Source: Pavona decussata (taxonomy: Eukaryota). From it: a DNA stretch of 64,000 bases. The stretch covers positions 930,001 through 994,000 of the forward strand of contig CDRNST010000046.1 in NCBI GenBank assembly GCA_977016875.1. Direction: 5' to 3'. The notes under the pieces are model-generated. The model worked only from the letters and a program-made list of their open reading frames with translations, ran no database searches and had not been told where the DNA came from. Positions 51,386 through 64,000 of this stretch are shown here, piece by piece. The first letter of the stretch is position 1. Every line of letters starts with the position of its first letter. The translations under genes were made by a program, and so were the position numbers.

Positions 51386-53040
51386 ATTAATCCACAAGCT
51401 CACCCTTACCAGTTAGTGAGTTCACCCTATAGTATACTCTAAAGCATTTGTCAGATAGCTGACATGAGCGCAGGTCACCTTATAACTTTACCGAATGCAT
51501 TTACTTTATATACACAGGGAACATGCAGAAGCAACGCAGCATTAAAATCCTCGAATAAGTACTGATGGGACTGAGCTACTGAACGGTGTGATGAAATTCG
51601 TCATGGGTTGTTAAATGTTAAATTAAATTGCTTAGAAATCGTTAGTTATCAAGTAGACGGACGCTACAAGCAAGTAAGTGAAGATTTTCTATTAAGGGGG
51701 CTAGCAACAGCTTGAGACAGCTGCACCTCAGTTTTTTTCGTGAGATAAAGCTGTGGTATAAGCATTTGTTTTGATTGACCAGATGCGGTTGTGGTTTTGC
51801 TGCATTAAAATGACTTGCCCAATCGGAGAATTACAAATTTAACAACTTAGTTGATAAGATATGTTATGGGTTAAGGTTTAGGGTTGCATAACAGCCACAG
51901 TAACCTTCCTTTGCGATTTGTTTATGTGTCATTTGGCTACATTTTCTTTACATTTACTTCTGTATTCAGTTACAATAATTGTTTGTGAATTAATAGAATA
52001 TTATCATTGGTTAATAAATAGAACAGAAGCTCAAAAGAGTAAAATGTTGGTCCTTTTTATGTCGTGTTGAGCCGTCACAGACACAATAACCGAAAACATA
52101 AGGTCTGGACAACCAAGCTAAAGCCTTAAGCCCATTTATTGAATGGCATTTGATGAAGATCACCCTTAAATGAATTATTTCCTTTTACACTAGACTTTGA
52201 GCAGTTTTCTTCTTATTTATTTATTTGCTTATTTTTTGACCGTTTCTATAATTTTTGCAACCCGCCGCATTTCCGTTAAATTTAAATTACAGCACTAAAG
52301 AAACAATAAACTCTCTAGAATTTACACCGTCATGGTCAATGGCATGGCATTCAAGGTATTAGCTTGGTGAATTTTTATTAATTGCTAGTAAACGCAAAAC
52401 GGTCGCGGAAAAATATGATTGACTATGTGCTCAAAAACAATTGTGTCTAATAAATTTACTCGGCTGCACATAAGCTCCATATTTCGCTAAGGTTAATAAG
52501 AACAAATATCAAACAAGTTGGACGTTTCCTGACCGTTCAAAATCTTTCGTATTTTCACGTTTTCAGTCCATTCCCATCACCAAGCCGGCATCAAGTGTAA
52601 ATTCACTTATTCCCAAATTAGTTTTAAATGATCCCATTCGCATACAGGAATCATTACACGATACTTGATGTACAATGTGAAAATATAAGTTGCTAAATTT
52701 TATATCATAACTTTATCATATCTTAGAATTTTCTTCCTAGAGATAGCAGAAATTACCAGTTATTAGCCCTAAGGAGACCGGACAAAAGCTTGTACACAAT
52801 AACATTGAATATATTAATGTAATCAAAATTTAACAGTCCACAAAAAATAATGTTCCCATGTAGACTCGACTGTTCGTAAGGAATTGTAGTTTGTCTAGTT
52901 CCACCGGGGCGTTTGAGTAGCTCCATTTGTTTTCATGAAATCAAAGCTCAGGTGCTGGACGTTCAAGTTATTAAGAAAAAAAAAAGAGGAAAAGTGCTTA
53001 TGATCCCAAACATCTATGCTCATTTTATAAATTGTCACGC

Positions 53041-53661
53041 TTACAGATCGTCTTTAGAAACAGTGAAAAACCTACGTAGCATGAAAACCTGAAGAAAACC
53101 AACCGTAACAATGACAAGAGATTGTCCAATCGACCACCATTGAATCCGCTGAAATAGATACTCCGCAGCAACACGACCGTTCGCTTCTCTGAGCCTGTAA
53201 TAATTCTGGTACCTTTCGATCAAGTTGAAGTTCTCGTGAATATTTACGAAGGATTTCTCAAAGTGTGTCAGCGCCGTCTGTGTCCCCCCTACTCCTTCAA
53301 GCCCCATTGTGTCCTCATCGCCTTTGATTAAATCGAAATAAACAAGATTTTCACCGATGGAAAATTCAAAAACGTTGCTGAAACAGATCGTGTATGTTCC
53401 ATTCTTTATGGTGGTGAATTTATGGAGATCATAGTCTTTCTTTTCTTCTTTGTAGATGAAGCTGCCGTCAGGGTCTTCGACGTAAACATCAACGCGTGGA
53501 TCAGCTCCAGTTATCGGCGCGTATTCCAATGAACACTCAGTATTTTCCGCAAGGTCTTCGTAAAAACATTCAAAGCCGCTCAGTTGAAATTGCAAATGGC
53601 GGCCATTTGCTGGTGTTGGGAATAAACACAAAGCGAAAATTGCGGTCAAAAGGTATAACAT
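53041..53661 (-). CDS. TMED7: p24/TMED family protein, gamma subfamily (TMED3/TMED7-like), single coding exon, 206 aa
   Basis: Signal peptide MLYLLTAIFALCLFPTPANG; GOLD domain with both Cys (ECFYEDL...GTYTICFSN); coiled coil QNYYRLREANGRVAAE; TM WWSIGQSLVIVTVGFLQVFML; FF tail. The first true ATG is 53661 (the ORF track started at a non-ATG codon). Confidence 0.93.
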   Translation of the reverse strand: MLYLLTAIFALCLFPTPANGRHLQFQLSGFECFYEDLAENTECSLEYAPITGADPRVDVYVEDPDGSFIYKEEKKDYDLHKFTTIKNGTYTICFSNVFEFSIGENLVYFDLIKGDEDTMGLEGVGGTQTALTHFEKSFVNIHENFNLIERYQNYYRLREANGRVAAEYLFQRIQWWSIGQSLVIVTVGFLQVFMLRRFFTVSKDDL

Positions 53662-54728
53662 GTTCTTACTTGTAAGCGGAACAGATATTGCCACCAAGTT
53701 TTTCAGTGTGATCGTGTCATGAAGCACAGTAGTTTTGATTTTAGACGGCTGTAGAGTGCTCGTTCATGCGAGATCACACATGTTCCACCAAAATTATATT
53801 CAAAGTTATTGTTTGGTGCCAATTTGCATTCGAAAGGCTGAAGACACGTGGCGTTTTGTGAACACTCGCGCCACCGACTGTGAGATCTTCAGATGGGATT
53901 CAAACAGCCCCATTTATATCCGTAAATTTGTCAGATTATATGAAATTCTCGGTGGTGAAAATATAAACACGAGTAGTATTAATGAAGATCTTTCATTTGA
54001 ATGGGCTACATCACAAAATTCTTTGATCTCCAGACTTAGGGTTAGCGGTACTTTAGTCTGATTTGGCTGCCAGCGGAAGCAACATTCAATGAGATGTATT
54101 CGTAACGAAAGCGGATACTGTATGCTGTAAACTTACTAAAATTTCCAAACCACAGACGGGAGCCGCTGTGTGCGAGCATTTCTTCTTTTTAATTAAAACT
54201 ACATTGACCGGAAGGGTAAAAGCTAATATGGTGGCTAAATTGGTGATTAAATTAAAATTTATTTCCTTTAAAACCCTGAGATCCCCACCTACACAGACGA
54301 ATAAGCAGCATGTTAAACGGTCAGAGAAGATAAAAACTAGTATTTTTCATGTATGATTTGATCAGGATTTGCCTTCTTATTCTCGATACTCGCCAACCCA
54401 CATTTATTTGTTAATACAGTGAGTAACAGAGAATTAAACTGAGGAGACAATAGTATAGATCGGATTTACTTTACTAGCGAGTTATGTTTAGCTCATTTTT
54501 TTCCATAAATGTTTTAAAACATTATTTATCGTAACCTAAGAAATTATCACAGCAACCAGCGTTTTCTGAATATACAACCCCTTCAGTCCCCGTCACGAAA
54601 AAAAGGAAGAATCGAGACATTTTAACAGAGCAATCAAGACCGTGATTTAGTTCGATTTACGGTGCTAATTTATTTGGGTGTAAATTTGAATTTAAAGGCT
54701 TGGTATGATTTTTAAAATGATCAGAGAC

Positions 54729-54912
54729 TAGACAACGAGTAGCCATTTATTTATTTCTGGGAAAGTAGAGTGTAGAGCGGTGAGCACCGGGAGAGGCTGT
54801 GATAATCGCTTTCCGCCGAGGAGACATGACACGCGATTATCGCGCGCGCTCGCGTTCTCACACGCTTTTACTGCTTTATGCCCACGAGAAATAAGAGGCT
54901 ACTCGTGTTCTA
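54729..54912. mobile_element. MITE with about 16-bp terminal inverted repeats, TA-flanked
   Basis: tagacaacgagtagcc at 54729 versus ggctactcgtgttcta at 54897-54912; CpG-rich interior. Confidence 0.8.
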
Positions 54913-55299
54913 AAAGAAGTCCAGCCAATCGTTAACTAAAATTTCCAGACATCAATACAGTACACTCCAGCTATTGCAAACTGACCTCGACTACTCAGTG
55001 CTTACTACCGAATACGACAATATCGGCTGAAAATGTAATGGATCATATAATTTTCAAGGTAGCTCCAGAGATACTTAATTCTCTTTTCCCGTCTGAAACG
55101 AACATTGGAAAATTCCATACTACTTGTCATTATTTCCCGTTTTCAGTCTCCTATCAAGGAGAGCCGCGCAGCAGAGTAAATTGCAGGCGACATCTCTTTC
55201 GGTTGGTATGCTCTTTTTAGACAAACCTTACCATTATTCAAAGGCTTTATTATTTGTAACTAAGATATGTATTTTTGTCTTTTGAAGATCATTAAAGAC

Positions 55300-55349
<50 letters not shown>

Positions 55350-55652
55350 TCAATAAGAGTTGTTTTTATTTAAATATGTGAAGCTTACAGAGTCTAATTA
55401 TAATGGTCCAATTATTTTAGGCTGCTCAAATTTGAACAGAAAATTTTTTTTCAGAAACGAGATGCTGTCACAGGTTAAACATTTTCAGTCAAACGTGTGT
55501 CTAAGGATTTTTACTCTGAAATTTTGCTGGCTGATTTTCTGGCATAATTTAAGCTTTATTGTTTATTATTTTTTAATGCGTCAAACCTTTTCTAAGCAAA
55601 TTTTTTGTGAGTTGGATGTTTTAAAATTAGAACTTTTAACTTGTGAATAGCT

Positions 55653-55743
<91 letters not shown>

Positions 55744-55870
55744 GATGTTGATATTTTACAATTTTATGACAGCAAACTGTAAAATCCCTCAGGTTTTAAA
55801 AGAATCAAACTGTATCTAGTAGATTTTATTCTTGTAAATAATAAAGTTATCATTCCATTAAAAAAAATTA

Positions 55871-55937
<67 letters not shown>
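55300..55937. repeat. Microsatellite cluster: (TTA)n 55300-55349, (GAT)n(TAT)n 55656-55734, (TTA)n 55875-55937
   Basis: Read directly; lies between the Six 3' end and the TMED promoter region. Confidence 0.95.
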
Positions 55938-56330
55938 CATTTCCCAACCAATTTTTTTCCTAGCAAACTGTAAACACGCTAGTCACGCATTGAATCGAGA
56001 AGGGGGTCTCCAGGGCAGTGAAGAAGAGAGAAGAACCATCAGGACTCTCTTATATGCTATCAATTAATTGATTATCTACATTTATTTATTTACTTATTTG
56101 TTTATTTATTTATTTACTTGTTTTAAATTAAAGCGTTCTTGCGGATCTTGCCTATTCAGTCACGAAAATTTCCCAACTATAACTAGGCTTATCAGATTGG
56201 TCAAATAAAGTTGTAATATTTTGAAGCAGCACATTCCAATAATACGGCTTATTTTTGCCGGGAGAAAAATCTACAGGCTATTTACAAGATCTTTAATTAA
56301 TCGATTAAAGTTTTCTTTTCCACTTTTTTC

Positions 56331-56670
56331 TCATCCGAGTCGATTTGTGTAGATAGGTTCAAACGCACTTGTTTCAGAACAGAGCTTCAAAGAGCGGTCT
56401 TGCGCATGCGGGCTGGTGCATGTACTTGTGAGCGGATGAGGACTTCCCGAAACGTATGCTGGATACTGCAGCGGCACATATGGATGCATTTGGGCATGCG
56501 CATGCGCATGCAGCTCTTGGAAATATGCCGCTGACACAGGAGGTTGCGGTGCAGACAGGACTGGTGCTTGAGGAATGAGGTAAGGAAAGTGCGAGCGAAG
56601 TTCATCATAACTGTACATCATGGATCGCCCAGGACCTTTCATCTTCATCATCCCTTCCTGATCCAGGCCT
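56331..56670 (-). CDS. Six1/2: Six1/2-like exon 2 (Pro/Tyr/His-rich C-terminal region)
   Basis: Acceptor gtgttcctcctag|A is phase-2 compatible with exon 1. Open frame GLDQEGMMKMKG...HAHAHAQMHPY...SAFEPIYTNRLG*, GC-rich relative to flanks. Confidence 0.82.
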
Positions 56671-58222
56671 CTAGGAGGAACACGATTGATGGACAAATTA
56701 GTTATATTATTTGAATTATTTACATATAAATACATATATTTCAAAGACCTTTAGAGGGACTAGGTCATCAGTATTTCAAGTCACGGTCAGTTTAAAAAGG
56801 CACTGAAAAGCCGCACGTGCGGTAAAATTGTCGAGTTTGTAATTCTAAAGCAATTCTACTTCACAGAAACTATTGATAAGTGTCCTTGCCTACGAGTGCA
56901 CAGGGTGGCAATGGACTCCGGCCGAACTATTTCAAGTTCTTCCGATGTATGTGTCCCAGGTGAAGCAAAAAAAAAAAAATGGCTGTAACTCGTTTTTAGT
57001 TTCCAAATTCCCGTAATTTCGTCCGTTTGGTGGCCTAGAAGTGTGTGAGCAGAGTACTTGGTATAAAGTAAAACAATTTTTGAGGAAACAAAGCAGCAAT
57101 ATCTCCACGAAATTACACCTTTAATACATGTGCAAATACAGCAACATACAAAAAAGAAATAAACAACACTACTAAGAAAGACCACTGGCACCTTTTAAAA
57201 GAGACATTTAACGTTACACTGTTTCTATAGGACAAACAGTCACTTTCTTACAAAAGAAGAAAAATTATATATATAAAATTATATATAGAAGATAACTCAC
57301 AAACATTAAAGGGAATATTTCACCTAATTTTAGTATCACTTAAACTGAAAACCTGAAAGACACATTGTCCGTCGTTGGGGATGGATAGGATTTTTCAAGT
57401 TCTTCCCCTCGCTGCGTTCAGAAAAAAATTTTGTTTTTAGCTTATTATTAATCACTTGATATCTGCCTCTTGGAGTTCAAAGGGCATCTCGTGTACAAGG
57501 TATCTGGTTTTAATTATTTCATCATAAATTGGATCTAGAAAGGTAACAATTAAAGATTATAGATATCAATCAATCTAAACTAATATATACAAGTTACACG
57601 AGTCTCCATTTCTACTGTTAAACAACAGGGTGAAACAGCAAGGTCTTTGGAAACATGACTGGTGCTCGCATTGCTCGAACTCACTGGCGTCGTACTAGTA
57701 TTTTGTTCTGCTCATTTCATTGTATTTGTGTTCGCCAAAAGGTCGAGATATAAATTCAAAGAATTATTGGAAACTGTGCATCGATCTCAGAAAACTTCAC
57801 AACCTAATGATAATGCCCTTTACTTGATAATTTCTTTGTCATTCCTGGTACCTGTCTATCTGCTTGACATCCACTGATAATAAAAAGACAACCTAGACGG
57901 TCACCACTTGAATTTGGCGATACATTAACTCTATTTTCTGGGCTTTGTCTTCTGTATTTTGAGTTCCTAAAAGCCTTTGGGGTGACGGAACCCGTTAATA
58001 ACTTCAAGAGAGTTAATGGTGTGACGATGAAACCTGGAGGATATATAATATTTAGTACGTCCAATCCATGCTTCATTTGATTTTCTGAAACTGTGCTAAC
58101 TGCATCATAACACTTTCCTCACCAACGCAAAGGAGTTGTTCCATCGCATTAGTGTCCAGCAGGTGGACAATTGTTTTGCGTTACTGGCTGAATAAGAAAT
58201 TAAAATATTTATTGGATTGAAC

Positions 58223-58582
58223 CGACCGGTTAGCTCAGTTGGTAGAGTGCCGGACTACCGTGCAAACCCCGGCCGGACCACCACTCAGGGTCTTTAAATA
58301 ACTGAGGACAAAGTGCTGCCTTTGTTCTGACATCTGCAAATGGTTAGACCTTCTAGTCTTCTCGGATAAGGACGATAAACTGTAGGCCCCGTCTCACAAA
58401 CCTTGTTTGTAATTTACTCTGTGGGACGTTAAAGAACCCACTCACTGTTCGCAAAGAGTAGGGGACGTAGTTCCCGGTGTTGTGGTCTGGTCTTTGTGCG
58501 TATATTCCGTATATCCCGGGTCCGCAGTAATTGGCCTTAGATGTTGCGGTATCCCTGTCCATATTGGACAAAGCTAAATAAA
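58223..58582 (+). mobile_element. tRNA-derived SINE (Nin-type-like central domain), B-box deleted
   Basis: A-box tagctcagttggtagag; body with gggacgttaaagaacccac; A-rich end aaataaa; possible TSD tgaacc at 58217 and 58583. Family assignment from memory. Confidence 0.8.
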
Positions 58583-61059
58583 TGAACCAGTTTCCGAGGC
58601 AAGGTTACTTCAAATCAAAGTGTGAGACGCCCATAGTATCTCATGTATTTATATTGTGTGGTGAAAATCAGATGTTGATCAATACAATTTGAAATAACCA
58701 CCAACCACCCCTCCCTAGTGATTTCTCCAGTCATCTCACCTGTCCACTTGATAATGTATTGTATTGAAAGTGGAACTCAGATGTCAGGTTTCTTAATGGA
58801 AAAGGAACAACGACAACTTCTTTTCTGTCATAACTTGGCCATTTGATTAAAAGGGTACTGCTTGTGGTTAACACTTTGTATTTTTTTTTTTTTTTTTTTT
58901 CAGGTAACAAGAAAGATCAAACAATACCGAACATGATGCATCGGAGGCACAAAAACAAAAAGTTTTTAATTCCAGTAAGATTACAAAACCACGGACAACG
59001 ATCTGTAGAACTCATGATTTGTTATAAACGTGTAATCACCATGAATGATCACTCCGATTTTAATCGGTATCACATATAGTGCTGGTGATGTTTGAAACTT
59101 ACCCGGTCCATTAGCTAATATTTTCGGTTGGTTTTTCACCGCGCAGGTGGCCAAATACACGCAAGGTTTCAAAATGAAAAGCAAACAACGCTAAAACTTT
59201 TTTCCATTTGGGTAGGGCAAATGATTGAAACATAAGTATCAAAGCTATTGATTCAGGGATAAGATTTCTGCCCGCACACAAACACCATTCAAGTTTGCCA
59301 AGCAGAAGTATACATCAATATGAAATTTGATACTTTTTCGCATAAAACAAAATCCAAAGAAATCGAACGAAGACGATTCGCGCTAAAAGACTGTGAAGAA
59401 AACACAAAACGTTTCTTTTTACTAATAAAACCATGCACTCAAGAGTGACTCTTCAACCAGTAGAGTTTAAGTTGATGATTTACCCTTAAATTCAAATACA
59501 AATTTAAGAATGACATCTTCATTAAACATTTGACATAAAATAAACGCTGCAGCAAATAAAAAGCTTTTTCCTTGAAATCAGTTTCGATTCCTCACGTGTG
59601 TAAAACAACAGAAATTCATTACAGTCTCGTTCATTTCGAATATTCGTTCCTCAGCTTTAACATACAACGAGTAAAAGAACAATCCTTACAATGAAATATC
59701 GTGAAATATATAGCATAAACATCTAGGAAGTTATGAATAGTAATACTAATCATTAATATTGGATCGAGAAGAACTCATTCTTTGCAATTAACAGGTAAAA
59801 AGTATTCAAGGGGGACAAAATACGTAAATTTGGGCGGCATATATTTAATGTACAGATCTCCTTTTGCTATACAACACATAGAGAAACGGATACGTGACAA
59901 AAATAGTCCTTGTTAAAACCAAAACAATAGCTTTGAGCCAGAAACGTCTCTCAGTGAGCGACTTTTGATATGCTCCTTTCCTATCTATTTTAGGTGATAA
60001 TCATCTTCCATTAGCGAGTAATCGGTTGGAATAGTGTGTTAATAGGGCATCAAATAGTAGCCAATATATAATGAAGGATAAAAATAGTCTTCACTCTGCG
60101 ATCTCGCGTACAAATAGGTAGATATGGTTAGGGAAAGGTCGTCCATGACTGCCGAATAATCATTCTTTGGTGTCTACCGAGCCTCAACAAAATTTGTTTA
60201 AAAAACTAGCATACAAGTTTCACCCTTTGAAGAATAAAAACAGCAACAACACAGAATTTCTGATTAACGCGGCTTTCATTCGAAATTGGCACTTTACGAT
60301 TGAGCTCACAGCCTCAAAAGAAGCCTAAGGGTTAAAGCAATACGCAGAAGATTTTGGCTCTGATTTGCTAGTAAGGTAAATCCGTGCTCTTGTGCGCTTT
60401 ATTATCTCCAGCGATGTCGCATTCAGTAAAAAACTAAAGTTTGTTTAGACGTTTTAAGTGTCGTTAATTGTGCATATCAACTTTCCCAGTTTTCAAATTA
60501 TAATGCGGTAAATGCGGATGTATCGTTCCCAAAAATCAGTCATATATAAATTTAAGGGATGATAATCGTAAAAGTCTGTAAGCGAGTCAAATATTTAGAA
60601 GTGATCATAACAACTTTGCTTCATAAATCAGCTTATTAACCAAGAACAGTTAATTATTTTGTTATTTTGAATATTTTAGAGTGAGAAAATACTCTGTTCA
60701 ATTTTAAGTGACTAACACATTCAAAGGCGTTCAGCAAAAATCTCGCAAGAGAATCAGACTATGAAATCTATAGCTACACATAATGAGACAGGCAAAAGAC
60801 TTCATCTTTGTTTTAAGGGAGAAGAGGAGAAAACCATTCTTTGCTGAAATGATGTAAATTCTGAATATAAAAGTGCCTATGGAACCACTTGGGTTGTACA
60901 AATGCATTCAAAGCAAGCTTTGTCATGAAAAAGAAAAACGAATCAGACAAATCAGTTGAACTTTGTTGACTACCATATTTTCCAGATTAAGAAATCTGAA
61001 TCACAAGTTCAGTTGAGCACAAAGTTAAAACACAGATAACAAAACAGATAAGTAAATCT

Positions 61060-61290
61060 AAATAGCTTTCATTAACAAACTGTGCTCAGTGCTCCATTGG
61101 CAGAATCATGTCAGAACCATACACCTTGTATGGCATTATAAACAGTAAAATTCCTACTGTAACGCTCAACAGCTTTCATTAATTTCAATGGCCACACTTT
61201 TGGGACTTTAGTCAAGCGCAGAGTAAAAACTTAACAACAGTTTGTTCAACATAACATAAAACACCACAGAACAGCACTACTAAGCTTTCT
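61060..61290 (-). repeat. Degenerate 106-bp repeat units in the Six intron
   Basis: cttgtatggcattataaacag...cagctttcatt...aatggccacactt...acaccacagaacagcactactaagcttt. Confidence 0.6.
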
Positions 61291-61353
61291 TACTGTTAAA
61301 ATAGAACATGAAAGAATGAATGAGAGAGCAATGACTAATTGCAAAATACTCAC

Positions 61354-61910
61354 CCCTTCCTCATTTCTGCAGCTCTCACCCGCTGCCGCTTGTTCTTGAA
61401 CCAGTTGCTTACTTGTGTTACAGTCAGGTCAGTCATCTTCGCCAGTTCGTACTTCTCTCGTGGAGTGGGATACGGGTTCTCCGTGTAAGCCTTGTTCAAA
61501 ATATTCCTCGACTTCTCCTTGAAGCAGTAAGTAGTTTCCTCGCCATCCCATATCGTCCGAGGCAACGGGTACTTCCTTCGCACGCGGTATTTCCCCACTG
61601 CCCCCAAAGGCCTACCACGCTGGCGCTCAGCTTCGATGTAGTGCGCTGTCCTCCACAGGCACTGCAAACGCTCATGGTTTTCTTTCGAGAACTTGTGGCT
61701 CTCGAGTATGGCGTAAAGTTCCTTAAAGTTGTTCTGATAGAAATAAACCACTGCCTTTGATACAAGTATCGTCTCGGAGGTCTTAACATCGCTATCTATA
61801 TCCGTGGGCAAGGACCAGAGAAATCGAGAAAGGCGCTCGATTTCCCCAGTATTCTGGAGAAACTGGCATACTTGAGCGACTTGATCTGAAGAAAACGGAC
61901 AAGGAAGCAT
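61354..61910 (-). CDS. Six1/2: SIX-class homeobox protein, Six1/2-like, exon 1 (SIX domain and homeodomain); CDS complement(join(56331..56670,61354..61910)), 298 aa
   Basis: [32 protein letters not shown] domain, [33 protein letters not shown], and K50 homeodomain helix [11 protein letters not shown]. Donor AAGGG|gtgagt, phase 2. Confidence 0.95.
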
Positions 61911-64000
61911 GTTATGCAAGTATGGACGACTGATGTGTCTTTGACGACTGTTGATCCTGAATGAGACGGTACCACCTTGGACAAGTGTTAAATACGACAC
62001 TAACTCGTGACTGAGTACCGATTTTGCTTTACTAGTGGATGGACGCTTTGTTGACTAAACTAAACATTCCCGCTTTTAAAACGATATTGTCCAACCCCTA
62101 AGATGAACAAAACACCTTTTAGTGGACTTGTCAGGGTAGCATCAAGTGACCCAGTTCCTCAATTAGTTTGTCATTAGCATGAAATAGATTCAGACAAACT
62201 TGTTTGTTTTAGCATCTAGGATGGCCTATTTCATTTGGAGTATCTGTAGCCTGAACAAACAGTGTTTTAAGCGCTCAATTGTGGCTCGATATTGAAACCA
62301 AATTGCCGACCTTCCAGATTTTGCAAATGTGTACAAAACGAGGGCTTTGGGTGATTCAAAAATCTCGAAATCTTAATCATTATAAAAAAAGAAAAATATT
62401 TCACTTTAAACAATTTGAATGTAATCAGACTCAATTAGGACTTCTTTTGTCTTCTTAACTTCGATAGTTAACAGACGGTCACAAAGCACAGACCTTTTAT
62501 ATCAACAATAATTTCTCGATCAATGCATGCCTTTTAATTCATGGGCGAGAAGTGAATCAAAGAATTATCAGTGCACACATCAATTCTTTCACCATGTTCA
62601 GTGTCTGATTTGACGCGGAATTCGTTAGTTGGAAGAGCAGTTGTCACGTTTTTACCGCTGTTCTAGTCTAGCTCTTAAACATTCAGGAGTATATTTCGCG
62701 CCTTTTGAATGTTAAGATGGAAGAAGACAAAAAATGTTTAAAGATTAACCACAAGCGCATTCTTCCATCGGGCATCAATCTTATACAAAAACAAATCTTA
62801 CCTGGGGTAACAAAAAATAAATTAAGCAATTAAAACTGACAATCAAATGTGGCACTTAAAAGGGAGTCAACGGGAAAAAATCGAAAAATATAAACGCGTC
62901 AAAGCAAGTTAAAAAAAAAATCCTCCGCAACTTCAGTGTTTTTTGAAGAGATTGGTTGCTTTGAATCCCGCACCCAGCTGTATTTACTCAAAAATGGTTG
63001 AATTAATGCTTCAAAACTGCCGAGCACAATGGCAGGTCGAAAGAAAACAACGTGCCATTTGCCGTCCACCGTGGGTCGTACATCTGCTATTTCTGTCAAC
63101 AAATCAAACAATGGGTAGGAGCAATTGAATAGGTTCCCGCAGCAACCTCACACAAATCCTTTGATGTATCATATCAAATAATTAGAATATTCGGAGACAA
63201 AATTCAATATACATTTGTTGGACTCGCGATGATTAGGAAACTCGTGGATGTTACTTTAAAATTAGTTGTAACTACTAAGCATGCGAGTTGCCTCCAGTGA
63301 CTAGCCTAGCTTTAGTGAATAATAATGTTAGTATCATTAGTATTGTGCGCAAGATGAGTGCTATTAGACCGTGAAGGTACCGAAACGTAGTGAAAGGATT
63401 GTATGTATCATAAAAATGCTGTAATCTGTAAATAAGTCGGCAAAAAGGTGACATTTTGTTCTGTAATAGCGAGAACAATCTGATTTGTTTACAAAAGGAT
63501 TGCTCGAATGCCATAATTCAGTTTACAGTGACTGCTTGTATTTCGTGAAATAAGAGTTGTAAAATAATGACCTCGTTCCAAAAAAGAGGCGTTCAAAGTG
63601 TGTTAAAAGAGCAATTTTAAGATAAGGTAGACATTGATGTATTTTTTCTTTGCAAAAGAAAAGGCGGACTACGGAAAAAACGCAAAAGAAAGGGAAGAAA
63701 ATTAGCTCAACAATGAGCTTAATTTGTTTAGAATGTTGCATGAAGAGAATTATAAAAGTGGGATATAAAACCGATAAACAATGTTTCGTTTCAAAAGCCC
63801 ACTGATGGGTTGGGAGAAGAATCGTCGTGTATTGTAAAAGTGTCGATTTGAAACACCAATCCTGATTACTAATGCTGAATAATTCAAACCTTAGAAGACT
63901 TGAAACAACCAGAAGAAATGATTAGGAGAAAAAAAGACAGGTATAAGCCAAGCTGTAACAACAATAACATGTAATAATGAGCCGATCGTAGGAAAAACTG

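Noticed and set aside
58223-58290. tRNA gene
   Set aside because: Only the A-box half is present, the T-arm/B-box is deleted, and it continues into a SINE body.
58740-58792. Possible extra exon in the Six intron (minus strand, cag|gtgaga donor)
   Set aside because: At about 52 nt it would shift the frame between the two phase-2-compatible exons, and nothing else supports it.

Overview
AT-rich animal genomic DNA with spliceosomal GT-AG introns. It is most likely a stony coral: the 106-bp tandem repeat and several MITE/SINE fragments resemble repeats I recall from scleractinian, Porites-like assemblies (recognition only, no database search). The first ~40 kb has no intact protein-coding gene that I can support. 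It holds repeats, local duplications, decayed exon-like remnants and two hammerhead-like motifs. The last 24 kb has four well-supported genes whose exons I joined by hand with consistent phases: (1) a DMRT transcription factor (+, 3 coding exons, 406 aa; DM, DMA and an unusual C-terminal CxxC..CxxC zinc ribbon); (2) a myotrophin/V-1-like ankyrin protein (+, 4 exons, 119 aa; mostly missed by the ORF track); (3) an intronless p24-gamma (TMED3/7-like) gene (-, 206 aa, ending in KDDL); (4) a divergent Six1/2-class homeobox gene (-, 2 exons, 298 aa). Each of the four departs from its family consensus at functionally important positions, most clearly DMRT and the myotrophin-like protein. I found no prokaryotic-type system and cannot demonstrate a new biological system. 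The best leads are the divergent-paralog cluster, a modular palindromic repeat at 24.4-24.9 kb and the hammerhead-like motifs.
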